Part shown: in pieces, positions 18,301 through 27,816 of the stretch
Position numbering within the stretch: position 1 is the first letter of the stretch
Layout of the letters: each line of letters opens with the position of its first letter
Source: an uncultured Alphaproteobacteria bacterium
GTDB lineage: Bacteria > Pseudomonadota > Alphaproteobacteria > Rhodobacterales > Rhodobacteraceae
Reading direction: 5' to 3'
Length of the DNA: 64,000 bases
Assembly (NCBI GenBank): GCA_963698685.1
Contig: CAVORV010000013.1
Span: forward strand, 195,134 to 259,133
Program-made: the position numbers and the translations under genes
The notes under the pieces: generated by a model
Told to the model about the DNA's origin: nothing
What the model saw: only the letters and a program-made list of their open reading frames with translations
Databases searched by the model: none

Positions 18301-19436
18301 GCCCCGTAGCGAAGAACGACGCGGCGGTCACCGACGAGGACGCGGCGGTCACGATCGACGTTCTGGCCAATGACGGCGACCCGGACGGCGACGCGCTCGC
18401 GCTCACCATCGCCTCGGGCGCCGCCAACGGCAACGTCGAGATCCGCGACGGCCGCATCGTCTACACCCCCGATGACGGCTTTTTCGGCGACGACGATTTC
18501 ACCTATCGGATCACGGATGAGGGCGGGCTGTCGGACACGGCCGGCGTCGCCGTCACGGTGGCAGAGATCCCCGACGCGCCGGAGCCGCCGGCCCCGCCGC
18601 CGCCCTCCTCGCCCTTCGATCTGGTGTTCAGCACCGCGAAGGACCGGAGCGGCGCGGAGGATCTCCAGGACGCGGTCCTGAGCGGTGACACTTTCGTCTT
18701 CACCCGGGGCACGGACGGCGTCCGCCAGGTCCAGTTCTACCTCGACGATCCCGAGGCAAAGGGCGCGCCGGTCCAGACCGAACGCGTGGCGTTCTACGAT
18801 TTCGCAGGCACGGCGGGCCGCATCGCCAACGCCTGGGACACGTCGAAGCTGGCGGATGGCGAGCACAGCATCACCGCGCGGGTCACGGCCGGCGACGGCA
18901 CGGTCACGCTGATCACCGAGAGCTTTCTCATCGACAACGTGCCGGACGTGCCGGAGCCGCCCGCTCCGCCGGCGAGCTTCACCGCGCCGTTCGACACGTC
19001 CGGCCCGGCATTCGCGCTCGGGCAGGCCAAACTCTACGGCTTCGGCGTCGACGGCGGCGCGGCTTCGATCGGCGTTTCGGGCGGCAAGATCGGCGTCGGC
19101 GGCGCGGGCTCGGCCTCCGAGATCGACTTCCGCCCCGGCTCGGGCGGCGAGATCATCGGGGTCGATTTCGGCGCGGCGGTCGAGGCGATGAGCATCAAGC
19201 TCGCGGGCCTCGGTAGTGTGAACGGCGCCAAGGAGGCCGGCCTCGTCCGCGCCTATGACGCCGCCGGGGACCTGATGGAGACGTTCACGCTCAAGGACGG
19301 CACCGAGTTCGATCTGAGCTTCGACGCCCCGGTCCGCTACGCCACGATCGTGGCGAGCGACTGGGTCGACGGCGCGGACCCCGGCTGGGATCCCGACATC
19401 AGCCTCGTCGGCATCGAGGCGGAGTACATCCTCTGA
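15368..19436 (+). CDS. Large modular extracellular protein (~1354 aa once indels are corrected): DUF5060, putative glycoside-hydrolase barrel and small beta domain, CBM-like domain, Ig-like domains, C-terminal domain ending EYIL; frameshifted near 17225
   Basis: ORF 15368-17698 (WHKVTLDF, FRDYRLDVTFT, WRVNFNP..GEWTY, WNLGEEN, VVHSYP) joins ORF 17100-19436 on removing one base at ~17225; three more extra bases at ~15524, 15564 and 15574 mask VPGFFAADGDAADTNATSGDVW. Confidence 0.8.
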
Positions 19437-19618
19437 AAACCGGGCGCCGCGCGGAACGCGACCCGCGCGGCGGCGCCGGACGATGCCGATCGCGACGGTC
19501 GGCGTCCCTTCGGCGGTCGGCCGCCACCGTTCGAAACGGTCTTCACGATCGCGGCCGATCTTTGCCGCCCGCGCGCGTCGGACTATCTCCTGTTCATCAG
19601 ACCGGAGGAACCCCGCCG

Positions 19619-20485
19619 ATGCGCCGCGCAATGCTGTCCCTCGCCATCCTCGCCTCGCTGTTCGCCGCGACCGCATCGGCGCAGGACGCGCCGTCCGAAC
19701 GCACCCCGTCCCACTGCATCGCCTTCGTGGAGAACACGCCCGGCATCAAGCTGATCCGGGCCGCCTCGCCGCTGCCGGTCGGCTTCGGCGAGGCGCTCGC
19801 CCCCGAGACGGTCCGCATCAGCTATCTCGACCACGCGATGTTCCTGATCGAGACGCCGGGGGGCCTCACGGTCGTCACCGATTACAACGGCTTCGTCGGG
19901 CCGGTGGATTTCGCGCCCGACGTCGTCACCATGAACCACGCCCACGGAACGCATTGGACGGCTTCGCCCGATCCGCGCATCGAGCATGTGCTGCGGGGGT
20001 GGAACCCCGATGGCGACGGGCCCGTCGTGCACCACCTCGATCTCGGCGAGATGCTGGTGCGCAACGTGCCGACCGACATCCGAGGCCGGTTCGGCGGCGC
20101 AGCGGAGGCGGACGGCAACTCCATCTTCATCTTCGAGGTCGGCGGGCTCTGCATCGGCCATCTCGGCCACCTGCATCATGAGCCATCCCCGGAGCAGTAC
20201 GCCGCGATCGGGCGGCTCGATGTGGTGATGGCTCCGGTCGATGGCGGTCTGACCCTGCCGATCCCGGACATGATCGCGATCCTCAAGCGCGTGCGGGCCG
20301 CGATCGTCATCCCGTCGCACTGGTTCTCGACGGCCTCGCTCCAAACCTTCATCGCCGGGATGGAGGATCAGTTCCGCGTCGAGGTCCGCTCCGAGCGGGA
20401 CATCGAGGTCTCACTCCGCACGCTGCCCCGACAGCAGACGATCGTCGTGCTGCCGCCGCGCTTTCTCGGCCTGGAGGACGGGTGA
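19619..20485 (+). CDS. Secreted MBL-fold metallo-hydrolase
   Basis: GGAGGA RBS; Sec signal MRRAMLSLAILASLFAATASAQ; ISYLDHAMFLIETPGG; TMNHAHGTHW; GNSIFIFE; GHLGHLHH. Confidence 0.85.
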   Translation: MRRAMLSLAILASLFAATASAQDAPSERTPSHCIAFVENTPGIKLIRAASPLPVGFGEALAPETVRISYLDHAMFLIETPGGLTVVTDYNGFVGPVDFAPDVVTMNHAHGTHWTASPDPRIEHVLRGWNPDGDGPVVHHLDLGEMLVRNVPTDIRGRFGGAAEADGNSIFIFEVGGLCIGHLGHLHHEPSPEQYAAIGRLDVVMAPVDGGLTLPIPDMIAILKRVRAAIVIPSHWFSTASLQTFIAGMEDQFRVEVRSERDIEVSLRTLPRQQTIVVLPPRFLGLEDG

Positions 20486-20507
20486 TCGGGAAGCGGCCCC
20501 CGTTAGC

Positions 20508-20927
20508 TCAGAGCGCGTAGCCGCCCATCGCACAGACGACCTTGAATTCCGCTTCCGTCACCGGCTGCACAGACAGGCGCGTGTTGTTGACGAGAATCAT
20601 ATCCGCCAGGCGCGGCTCGGCCTTGCACATCTCAAGCGTCACAGGCGTGCCGAACCCGCCCACCGCCTTGATGTCGACGCAGTCCCAGCGCGGATCGTCG
20701 GTCGTGGCGTCGGGATGCGAGGTCGCGATCACCTCGACCACGCCGACGACCGCCTTCTCCTTCTGCGAGAGATAGAAAAAACCAAGGTCGCCGATCTCCA
20801 TCTCGCGCATGTTGTTTCGCGCCTGGTAGTTCCGCACGCCCTCCCAAGGCTCGCCCTCATCGCCCTTGGCGACCTGCTGCTCCCAGCTCCAGGTCGAGGC
20901 TTCGGATTTGAACAGCCAGTATCTCAT
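20508..20927 (-). CDS. EVE domain protein
   Basis: MRYWLFKSE; WEGVRNYQARN; GDLGFFY; RLSVQPV. Confidence 0.93.
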   Translation of the reverse strand: MRYWLFKSEASTWSWEQQVAKGDEGEPWEGVRNYQARNNMREMEIGDLGFFYLSQKEKAVVGVVEVIATSHPDATTDDPRWDCVDIKAVGGFGTPVTLEMCKAEPRLADMILVNNTRLSVQPVTEAEFKVVCAMGGYAL

Positions 20928-21004
20928 CGCGCGCGATCCCTCGAAGTTTCGCCGCATATGGAGCGGGCGCGCCTCCGATGGCAAGAGACGTGGCGTCCTT
21001 CGGG

Positions 21005-21277
21005 TCAGCCGATGACGCGGTTCCAGGGCCGTATCGCCACCTGGGCGAACAGGCCGGACTTGGCGTACGGATCGCCCGCGGCCCAGGCGTCGGCGGCTTG
21101 TTGGTCGGCGACGTCAATGATGACCAGAGAGCCGCACATCTCGCCCGCCGAGTCGAGGAACGGCCCGGCTTGCGTCACCGCGCCGGACGACTTCAGATAG
21201 GCGACGTGGTCTGGACGGTTGGCTTTGCGCACGTCGAGCGCCCCGGGTTTGTCATCACAGATCACGGCGAAAAGCAT
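21005..21277 (-). CDS. YciI-family protein
   Basis: RKANRPDHVAYL; AGPFL; GSLVII; DPYAKSGLF. Confidence 0.92.
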   Translation of the reverse strand: MLFAVICDDKPGALDVRKANRPDHVAYLKSSGAVTQAGPFLDSAGEMCGSLVIIDVADQQAADAWAAGDPYAKSGLFAQVAIRPWNRVIG

Positions 21278-21280
21278 GTT

Positions 21281-22240
21281 CTATTCCTCCTTGAGCGGGC
21301 GCGACAGAAGCGCGTCCATGGCCTGGTTCAAAGTCATCGTCCCGTCGAGCACGTCGGCCACCGCCGCCGCGATCGGCATCTCCACGTCCAGCGTCGCGGC
21401 GAGCCGGCAGGCCGCGCGCGCCGTCGCGACCCCCTCGACCGTCCCGCCCGGCGGCTCGCGGCCCGATCCGAGCGCGAGGCCGAGCGCGAAATTGCGCGAC
21501 TGCGCCGAATTGCATGTCAGCGAAAGGTCACCGAGCCCGGAGAGTCCAGCCAACGTCTCGGCCCGCGCGCCCATGGCCACCGCCAGCCGCGTCATCTCGG
21601 CGAAGCCACGCGTCATCAGCGCCGCCCGCGCCGAATGTCCCAGACGCGCGCCGTCGGACATGCCGCAGGCGATGGCCGTGACGTTCTTGAGCGCTCCGCC
21701 GATCTGCGCGCCGGTCATGTCTTCGGTCGCGTAGAGCCGCATTCTGGGCGTCGCCAGAAGCGCCTGGAGATCGCGGGCGAGGTTCGCATCAGCGCTCGCC
21801 AGCGTCAGCGCCGTGGGCAAACCATGCGCGATCTCGCCCGCGAAGCCCGGCCCTGTCAGCACCGCCAGCGGCCGCTCCGGACAGGCCTCCGCCGCGATGG
21901 CGCTCTGAAGTCGGAACCGCTCGCGCCCCAGACCCTTGGCGCAGAGTACCAGCGGCGCCAAGGGCAGCGCAGCGCCATGCTCCGCCAGAAACGCACCCGT
22001 CATCTGCGCCGGCAACGCGATCAGCAGCGCCTCCGCCCCATCGAGCGACTTGAGATCGGCCGCGCACTTCATCGCCGGCGGCAGCGTCACGCCGGGCAGA
22101 CGCTCCGCATTCATCCTGTCAGACCGCATCCGCGCCATGGCCGCACCGTCACGGCCCCAGAGCGTCACCGCGCGCCCGGCCTGCGCCTGCACGACGGCCA
22201 GCGCCGTCCCGAACGCACCCGCTCCGATCACCCCGATCAC
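21281..22240 (-). CDS. gpsA: NAD(P)H-dependent glycerol-3-phosphate dehydrogenase
   Basis: [10 protein letters not shown]; LCAKG; LTGPGFA; GGALKNV; GLSGLGDL; SRN; VEG; tsaD-gpsA-yciI-EVE synteny. Confidence 0.95.
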   Translation of the reverse strand: MIGVIGAGAFGTALAVVQAQAGRAVTLWGRDGAAMARMRSDRMNAERLPGVTLPPAMKCAADLKSLDGAEALLIALPAQMTGAFLAEHGAALPLAPLVLCAKGLGRERFRLQSAIAAEACPERPLAVLTGPGFAGEIAHGLPTALTLASADANLARDLQALLATPRMRLYATEDMTGAQIGGALKNVTAIACGMSDGARLGHSARAALMTRGFAEMTRLAVAMGARAETLAGLSGLGDLSLTCNSAQSRNFALGLALGSGREPPGGTVEGVATARAACRLAATLDVEMPIAAAVADVLDGTMTLNQAMDALLSRPLKEE

Positions 22241-23340
22241 GCCTTCGCCCCCTTCTTTCCGCTTCCAAGCATCGGGGCCGCCGCCGAATCCAGAGGCCAG
22301 CGCGGTCGCGCGGCGAGGTCCAGCCTGTCCGGACCGCGAACCGCCATCCGCTCCGCCGCCGCCCAGGCGATCATCGCGCCGTTATCCGTGCAGAGCGCCA
22401 GCGGCGGCGCGACCCAAGCGAACCCCGCCTCCGCCGCCACCGCGCCCAGCGACATGCGGATCGGTCGGTTCGCCGCCACGCCCCCCGCCACCGCCAGAAC
22501 CGGCACGGCCGCCGGATTCGCCGCCCTAAACGCGGCGCAGGCCCGGCGAGTCTTCTCCACCAGCACGTCGACCACCGCCGCCTCGAAACCCGCGCAGAGA
22601 TCGGCGCGCTCCGCGCGCGTCATCCCGCCCCGCTCCGCCACAAGCCGGTCCCGCTCGCGCCGCACCGCCGTCTTCAGCCCGGAGAACGAGAAATCGCAAC
22701 CCTCGCGGTCCAGGAGCGGCCGGGGAAACGCGAAGCGCGCCGGATCGCCCGCCCGCGCCTCGACCTCCACATGCGGCCCGCCGGGCTGACCGAGGCCCAG
22801 CAACTTGGCGATCTTGTCGAATGCCTCGCCCGGCGCGTCGTCGATGGTGCCGCCCATGCGCCGGAAGGTCTCCAGCCCCTCGACGCTGAGAAACTGGCAA
22901 TGCCCGCCCGAGACCAGCAGCATCAGATACGGAAACGCCACCTCCCCGATCAGACGCGGCGTCAGAGCGTGCCCCGCCAGATGGTTCACCCCGTAAAGCG
23001 GCAGGCTCCGCGCCATCGCCAACCCCTTGGCGAACATCACTCCCGACAGAACCCCGCCGATCAGCCCCGGCCCTGCCGTCACCGCCACCGCGTCGACATC
23101 GTCAAGCGTCAGTCCCGCCGCCGCCAGCGCCGCCTCGGTCACGAGGTCCAGCCGTTCCGCATGCGCCCGCGCCGCGATCTCGGGCACCACGCCGCCAAAT
23201 TCCGCATGGAGCGCGTCCTGGCCAACCACCTCGGACGCGAGGATCACGCCGCCCGCCACGCCCGGCTCCGCGCGCACCAAAGCGGCCGCCGTGTCGTCAC
23301 AGCTGCTCTCGATTCCCAGAATGATCCGCCCGCGCGCCAT
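22237..23340 (-). CDS. tsaD: tRNA N6-threonylcarbamoyltransferase TsaD
   Basis: [10 protein letters not shown]; [12 protein letters not shown]; TAGPGL; NHLAGH; LLVSGGH; [10 protein letters not shown]; FSFSGLKT; CTDNGAMIA. Confidence 0.96.
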   Translation of the reverse strand: MARGRIILGIESSCDDTAAALVRAEPGVAGGVILASEVVGQDALHAEFGGVVPEIAARAHAERLDLVTEAALAAAGLTLDDVDAVAVTAGPGLIGGVLSGVMFAKGLAMARSLPLYGVNHLAGHALTPRLIGEVAFPYLMLLVSGGHCQFLSVEGLETFRRMGGTIDDAPGEAFDKIAKLLGLGQPGGPHVEVEARAGDPARFAFPRPLLDREGCDFSFSGLKTAVRRERDRLVAERGGMTRAERADLCAGFEAAVVDVLVEKTRRACAAFRAANPAAVPVLAVAGGVAANRPIRMSLGAVAAEAGFAWVAPPLALCTDNGAMIAWAAAERMAVRGPDRLDLAARPRWPLDSAAAPMLGSGKKGAKA

Positions 23341-23431
23341 CCGTCGCCCCGATGATTGCGCCTCGCGCACCCTCCGGGTAACACTCGCACCCTTGCCGCG
23401 CAACGGCGCGCGCCCTTGGCCGAGACCCGTC

Positions 23432-24145
23432 ATGGCGGACCCGCTCACCCTGCTCCTGACCCGCCCGCCGGCGCAGTCGCACGAATTCGCCGCCGCGCTG
23501 GACGCGGCCTTGCCGGGCCGTTTCACTTGCCTTATCTCGCCGCTCCTGCGCATCGCGCCAGTTGCGGGCGACCTCGATCTGACGGGCGCGCAGGGCATCC
23601 TCTTCACCTCCGCCAACGGAGTTGCGCAATTCGCGGAAAGAACCGCCGACCGCGCCCTTACCGCCTGGTGCGTCGGCGCGATCACCGCCGAGGCCGCGGC
23701 CCGGGCCGGCTTTACCGCGCGGTCCGCCGACGGAGATGTCCACGCGCTCACCGATCTTGTCACCGCCGAATGCGACGTCGCCCGCGGGCCGCTCGTTCAC
23801 GTCCGCGGGCGGCACGCCGCAGGCGATCTCGCCGGCGCGCTCGCCGCGCGCGGATTCGCCGTACGCCCGGCCGAGATATACGATCAGACGCCCTGTCCGG
23901 TCGCTCCGGACGCGCGCGCGCGGCTCGAAGCCGGCGCGATAGATGTGGTCACGCTTTTCTCGCCGCGCACCGCCGCCCACTTCGCCGCCGAGGCGCGGGC
24001 TCATGACTGGGATCTTTCGCCCGTGACCGTCGTCTCGATCAGCGCCGCCGCCGATGCAGCTTTGCGCGGCCCGGAGCCCGGCGCGCGCCTTGTGACGGGC
24101 CGGCCGGACCGCGACGGCATGATCGCGGCGCTCTCCGGTCTCTGA
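23432..24145 (+). CDS. hemD: Uroporphyrinogen-III synthase
   Basis: LLLTRP; FTSANGV; WCVGAITA; EIY; LFSPRTA; divergent from tsaD as usual in Alphaproteobacteria. Confidence 0.88.
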   Translation: MADPLTLLLTRPPAQSHEFAAALDAALPGRFTCLISPLLRIAPVAGDLDLTGAQGILFTSANGVAQFAERTADRALTAWCVGAITAEAAARAGFTARSADGDVHALTDLVTAECDVARGPLVHVRGRHAAGDLAGALAARGFAVRPAEIYDQTPCPVAPDARARLEAGAIDVVTLFSPRTAAHFAAEARAHDWDLSPVTVVSISAAADAALRGPEPGARLVTGRPDRDGMIAALSGL

Positions 24146-24259
24146 GCCGGAGCGGAGTCCAACGGCTTGTTCCTCCCTGCGCCGTCGCCTATCATCGATC
24201 GAAATCGCGCGTCCGGATGAGTCCCGGCCGTGCCAGAAGACGCGTAGCGGGGTGGCGAG

Positions 24260-25738
24260 ATGGCACGCAGAAAATCCGAAACCACGGAGAACGGAGCCGC
24301 CTCCGAAGGGACCGGAACGACCTCGAAAGACGCGACGGGTGCCGAAGACATCCGTGACGAAACGACGGCCGAGCCTGTCGAAACGGCGGATCGGGCCGCG
24401 ACGAGCGAAGCCACCGATCAGGTGCAAATCGCCGAATCCCCGGACCGGTCCGAATCGTACCAAGACCTGAGCGAAGGCCAACGGACGTCGGACCCCGAAT
24501 TGATCGATCCTTCGGCCGTCGAACCGGGCACGTCCGCGACCGAGACATCCACGACCGAAACGCACGAGGATATCCACGAGGACGAGGCCGGGCCGTCATT
24601 CGCGTCGCGCGCCCTGACCTGGCTCGTGCTGCTTCTCGCCGGAGCCGGCGTCGGGATCTGGGCCGCGCCGAAAATAGCGCCGGCGCTGCCCTCCGGAATG
24701 GCCCCCGTCGCCGCATGGCTTTCGCCGGGACAGGCGCAGTCCGAGAGCCGCATCGCGGAGATCGAGGCCCGGCTCGAGACGGGCCTCGGCGAAGTCTCGG
24801 CGCGGGTCGCGGAACTCGCGCCCGCCGACGACCTTTCGGCGCGGATCGACGCGGCGGTCGCCGAAGTGCGGACATCGCTCGGCGCGGAGGTGGAGGATCT
24901 GCGTGGCCGGATCGGCCAGATCGACGACACGGAGACGCGCCAGCGCATCGCAAGCATCGAGTCGGCGGTTGAAGCCGGCGCGGCCGAGCTCGAATCCCTC
25001 AAGACCCAGTTGACAGGCGGCGCGGCAGCGACCGCCGGGCTCTCCGAGGACACCGTCGCCCGGATCGACACATATCAGGCCGAGGTTGAAGGCCTGCGCG
25101 CGTCGCTCGCCTCGCAGTCGGATCGGGTCGGCGCGCTCGCCGCCCGCATCGACGAGGTAGCGTCCGAAGCCGATCGCCAGATCGAGACGGCCCGGGCCCG
25201 CGTCGCCGAGATCGAGACCGAGGCCGCCAGCCAGCTGTCCGCCGCTGCGGCCGAGAGCGAGACGGCCTCGCTCCGCGCCGCGCTCGCGAGCGGCGCGCCC
25301 TTCGCGGACGCGCTCCGCGCGCTGTCGGCCGACCCGACGATCGAGGTGCCCGAAAGCCTCGCGACTGCGGCCGATCAGGGCGTCAGCACGCTGCTCCAGC
25401 TCAAGGAGAGCTTCCCGGACGCGGCCCATGCGGCCATCCGCGCCAGCATCATGGCGAGCGCGGGCGAAGGGCTGCTCGGACGCTCCAACGCCTTTCTTCG
25501 CGCTCAGGTCGCGAGCAGGTCATTGACCCCTCAGGAGGGGATGTCGCCTGACGCGGTGCTCTCGCGCATGGAGGACAGCCTGCGAAACGACGATCTGGCC
25601 GGGGCGCTCGACGAAGCAACCGGCCTTCCGAGCGAGGCAGCGGACGCCATGTCCGGCTGGCTCGAAGAGGCCCGAAGCAAACTCGCGGCCGAGGCGGGGC
25701 TCGAAGCCCTGAACTCGGCGCTTCCTGCCACCAACTGA
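24260..25738 (+). CDS. COG4223 / mitofilin (alphaMic60)-like membrane-anchored coiled-coil protein
   Basis: Acidic disordered N-terminus, one TM, long coiled coil, C-terminal SGAPF...RSLTPQEG..PDAVLSRME; sits between hemD and hemY. Confidence 0.8.
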   Translation: MARRKSETTENGAASEGTGTTSKDATGAEDIRDETTAEPVETADRAATSEATDQVQIAESPDRSESYQDLSEGQRTSDPELIDPSAVEPGTSATETSTTETHEDIHEDEAGPSFASRALTWLVLLLAGAGVGIWAAPKIAPALPSGMAPVAAWLSPGQAQSESRIAEIEARLETGLGEVSARVAELAPADDLSARIDAAVAEVRTSLGAEVEDLRGRIGQIDDTETRQRIASIESAVEAGAAELESLKTQLTGGAAATAGLSEDTVARIDTYQAEVEGLRASLASQSDRVGALAARIDEVASEADRQIETARARVAEIETEAASQLSAAAAESETASLRAALASGAPFADALRALSADPTIEVPESLATAADQGVSTLLQLKESFPDAAHAAIRASIMASAGEGLLGRSNAFLRAQVASRSLTPQEGMSPDAVLSRMEDSLRNDDLAGALDEATGLPSEAADAMSGWLEEARSKLAAEAGLEALNSALPATN

Positions 25739-25754
25739 ATCCGCGAGGCGCGAC

Positions 25755-27320
25755 ATGCTCTGGTCCCTGATCAAGATCTTCATCTTTCTCGGCCTCGCGG
25801 CGGCTCTCGCGTTTGGCGCGAGTTACATCCTGGAGACGCCCGGCGAGGTGAAAATCGCGTTCGGCAGCCGCGAGATATTCCTGTCGCCGATCGGCTTTCT
25901 GATCGGCATTCTGGTCCTGCTGCTTGCGGCCTACCTTCTCATCAAGCTGATGGGACTGGTCGCGGCGGTCTTCCATTTTCTTATGGGCGACGAGACCGCG
26001 CTCACCCGCTATTTCAGCCGTGGCCGCGAACGGCGGGGCTTCAACGCCTTGACCGACGCGATGATCGGCGTCGAGGCCGGCGATGCGAAATTCGCCAAGA
26101 AGAACGCGGTCAAAGCCGAGAAACTGCTGAACCGCACCGAGGCGACCCAGCTCGTCGCGGCCCGGGTCGCCGAAATGGAGGGCGACCGGAACAAGGCGCA
26201 GTCCTATTACAAGGACATGCTGTCCAACGACCGGACGCGTTTTGTTGGCATCAAAGGCCTGATGGACCAGAAGCTCGCCGAGGGCGACAGGGGAACCGCG
26301 CTGGAACTCGCGAAAAAGGCGTTCGCGCTTCGGCCGGGAAACGAGACGGTGCTGCGGACCCTCTTCCAACTCCAGTCCGAGAAGTCCGATTGGGCCGGCG
26401 CGCGCCAGACGCTCAACGCCTCGGTTCACGCCAAACTGCTCCCCCGTGACGTCGGAACCCGCCGGGACGCTGTCCTGTCCCTCGCGGACGCACGGGCGGC
26501 ATCAGCGGCGGGCGAAACCGGCCGCGCCAATACCGCGGCTCTCCAGGCGAACAAGCTGGCCCCGACCCTCATTCCCGCCGCGGCGATGGCCTCGGCGGCC
26601 CATGTGGCGCAGAACTCGAAGCGCCGCGCGGTCAAGACGCTGACGACCGCGTGGTCGACCAACCCGCACCCGGAACTGGCCGCCGCGTATGCCGCGATAG
26701 AGCCGGACGAGACGCCAGCGGCCCGCCGCGCGCGCTTCGCCAAACTGACCGCCGCCGCGCCGGACGATCCTGAAAGCCGCCTGCTGATGGCGGAGCTGGC
26801 GCTGGCCGACGAGGACTTTCCGGCCGCCCGCAAGGCGCTCGGCGATCTTGCCGAAAGCCATCCCACCACCCGCAGCCTCGCGGTGATGGCCGCCATCGAA
26901 CGCGGCCAAGGCGCGCCCGACGCGGTCGTGCGCGGGTGGCTCGCCAAGGCGCTCAACGCCTCGCGCGGACCGCAATGGATCTGCGCCAAGTGCAATCATG
27001 TCCACGATGCGTGGGAGCCGGTATGCGACAATTGCGGAGCCTTCGATACGCTCGACTGGAAGACGGCGCCCCATTCGGGCGATACCGGGCTCGCCGAGTC
27101 GGCGATGCTGCCTCTGATCGTGGGCTCTCTTGAGGACGATCGTCATCCCGGCTCGGCCGAGGCTCCGACATCCGCGCGCGCGGACAGAGCAGCCGAGGAT
27201 GCGGTAACCGACGAGTCGTCCGCCGGTCTGGACCCCGCAATGGATTATGAGCCTAACACCCGGAAATGGTTCGAGGAAGCTGACAGGCCGGAAGAAAAGG
27301 GCGCGGCGGGGCGCTCCTGA
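25755..27320 (+). CDS. hemY: HemY-like TPR membrane protein with C-terminal zinc ribbon
   Basis: MLWSLIKI.. two TMs; helical repeats; NPHPELAAAYA; WICAKC..WEPVCDNCGAFDTLDW. Confidence 0.88.
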   Translation: MLWSLIKIFIFLGLAAALAFGASYILETPGEVKIAFGSREIFLSPIGFLIGILVLLLAAYLLIKLMGLVAAVFHFLMGDETALTRYFSRGRERRGFNALTDAMIGVEAGDAKFAKKNAVKAEKLLNRTEATQLVAARVAEMEGDRNKAQSYYKDMLSNDRTRFVGIKGLMDQKLAEGDRGTALELAKKAFALRPGNETVLRTLFQLQSEKSDWAGARQTLNASVHAKLLPRDVGTRRDAVLSLADARAASAAGETGRANTAALQANKLAPTLIPAAAMASAAHVAQNSKRRAVKTLTTAWSTNPHPELAAAYAAIEPDETPAARRARFAKLTAAAPDDPESRLLMAELALADEDFPAARKALGDLAESHPTTRSLAVMAAIERGQGAPDAVVRGWLAKALNASRGPQWICAKCNHVHDAWEPVCDNCGAFDTLDWKTAPHSGDTGLAESAMLPLIVGSLEDDRHPGSAEAPTSARADRAAEDAVTDESSAGLDPAMDYEPNTRKWFEEADRPEEKGAAGRS

Positions 27321-27372
27321 AGGCGGTCCGTTTTTTGTTCGCTCCCCTTTTCCGAACGCTCCGCGTCTCGGG

Positions 27373-27816
27373 TCAGTCCGAGGCGGTCTGACGCATCCGA
27401 AGCACCGTTGAGGCGTCCTCGCCTGTCATGTCGAGCGAGATCCCGTCCCGGAAGAAACCACGCGCCGCTACCAGAGCCTGCACGAGGCGTGCCTCCTCTT
27501 CCATGACCGCTGGAGGGCAGGCCATGCGCGTCATCGCGAGACCGGAACTGATCCGCAACGTCGCTCCGTCGATCAGATAGGAACCGGTGAACCGGTTGCA
27601 TCCGGAGTTGCCGGAAAGCCGACCGTCACCGCCGAATTGCACGAAAGCACGGGTGACCTCCGACGCGGGGATACCTTCGATCTCGATTGGAACCCACTCG
27701 CTTCCACTCAGCGTCTCAGACACCGCGGATCCTCCCCAAGACACCAGTCCCGCGAGCATCAAGGGCGCCCATGATACCGCCCGATGCCGCAACCGGGTGC
27801 CGCCTGAGGCGGTCAT
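27373..27816 (-). CDS. META-domain (HslJ-like) protein
   Basis: LSGSEW..EIEG; GNSGCNRFTGSY; AMTRMACP; start overlaps upstream stop. Confidence 0.85.
   Translation of the reverse strand: MTASGGTRLRHRAVSWAPLMLAGLVSWGGSAVSETLSGSEWVPIEIEGIPASEVTRAFVQFGGDGRLSGNSGCNRFTGSYLIDGATLRISSGLAMTRMACPPAVMEEEARLVQALVAARGFFRDGISLDMTGEDASTVLRMRQTASD

Noticed and set aside
16944-19676. 910-aa minus-strand ORF and other long shadow ORFs (2196-4226, 15167-17260, 20978-22789, 33806-35878, 48011-50236, 53872-55755)
   Set aside because: Antisense to well-supported genes, Arg/Ala/Gly-rich and motif-free; expected in high-GC DNA.
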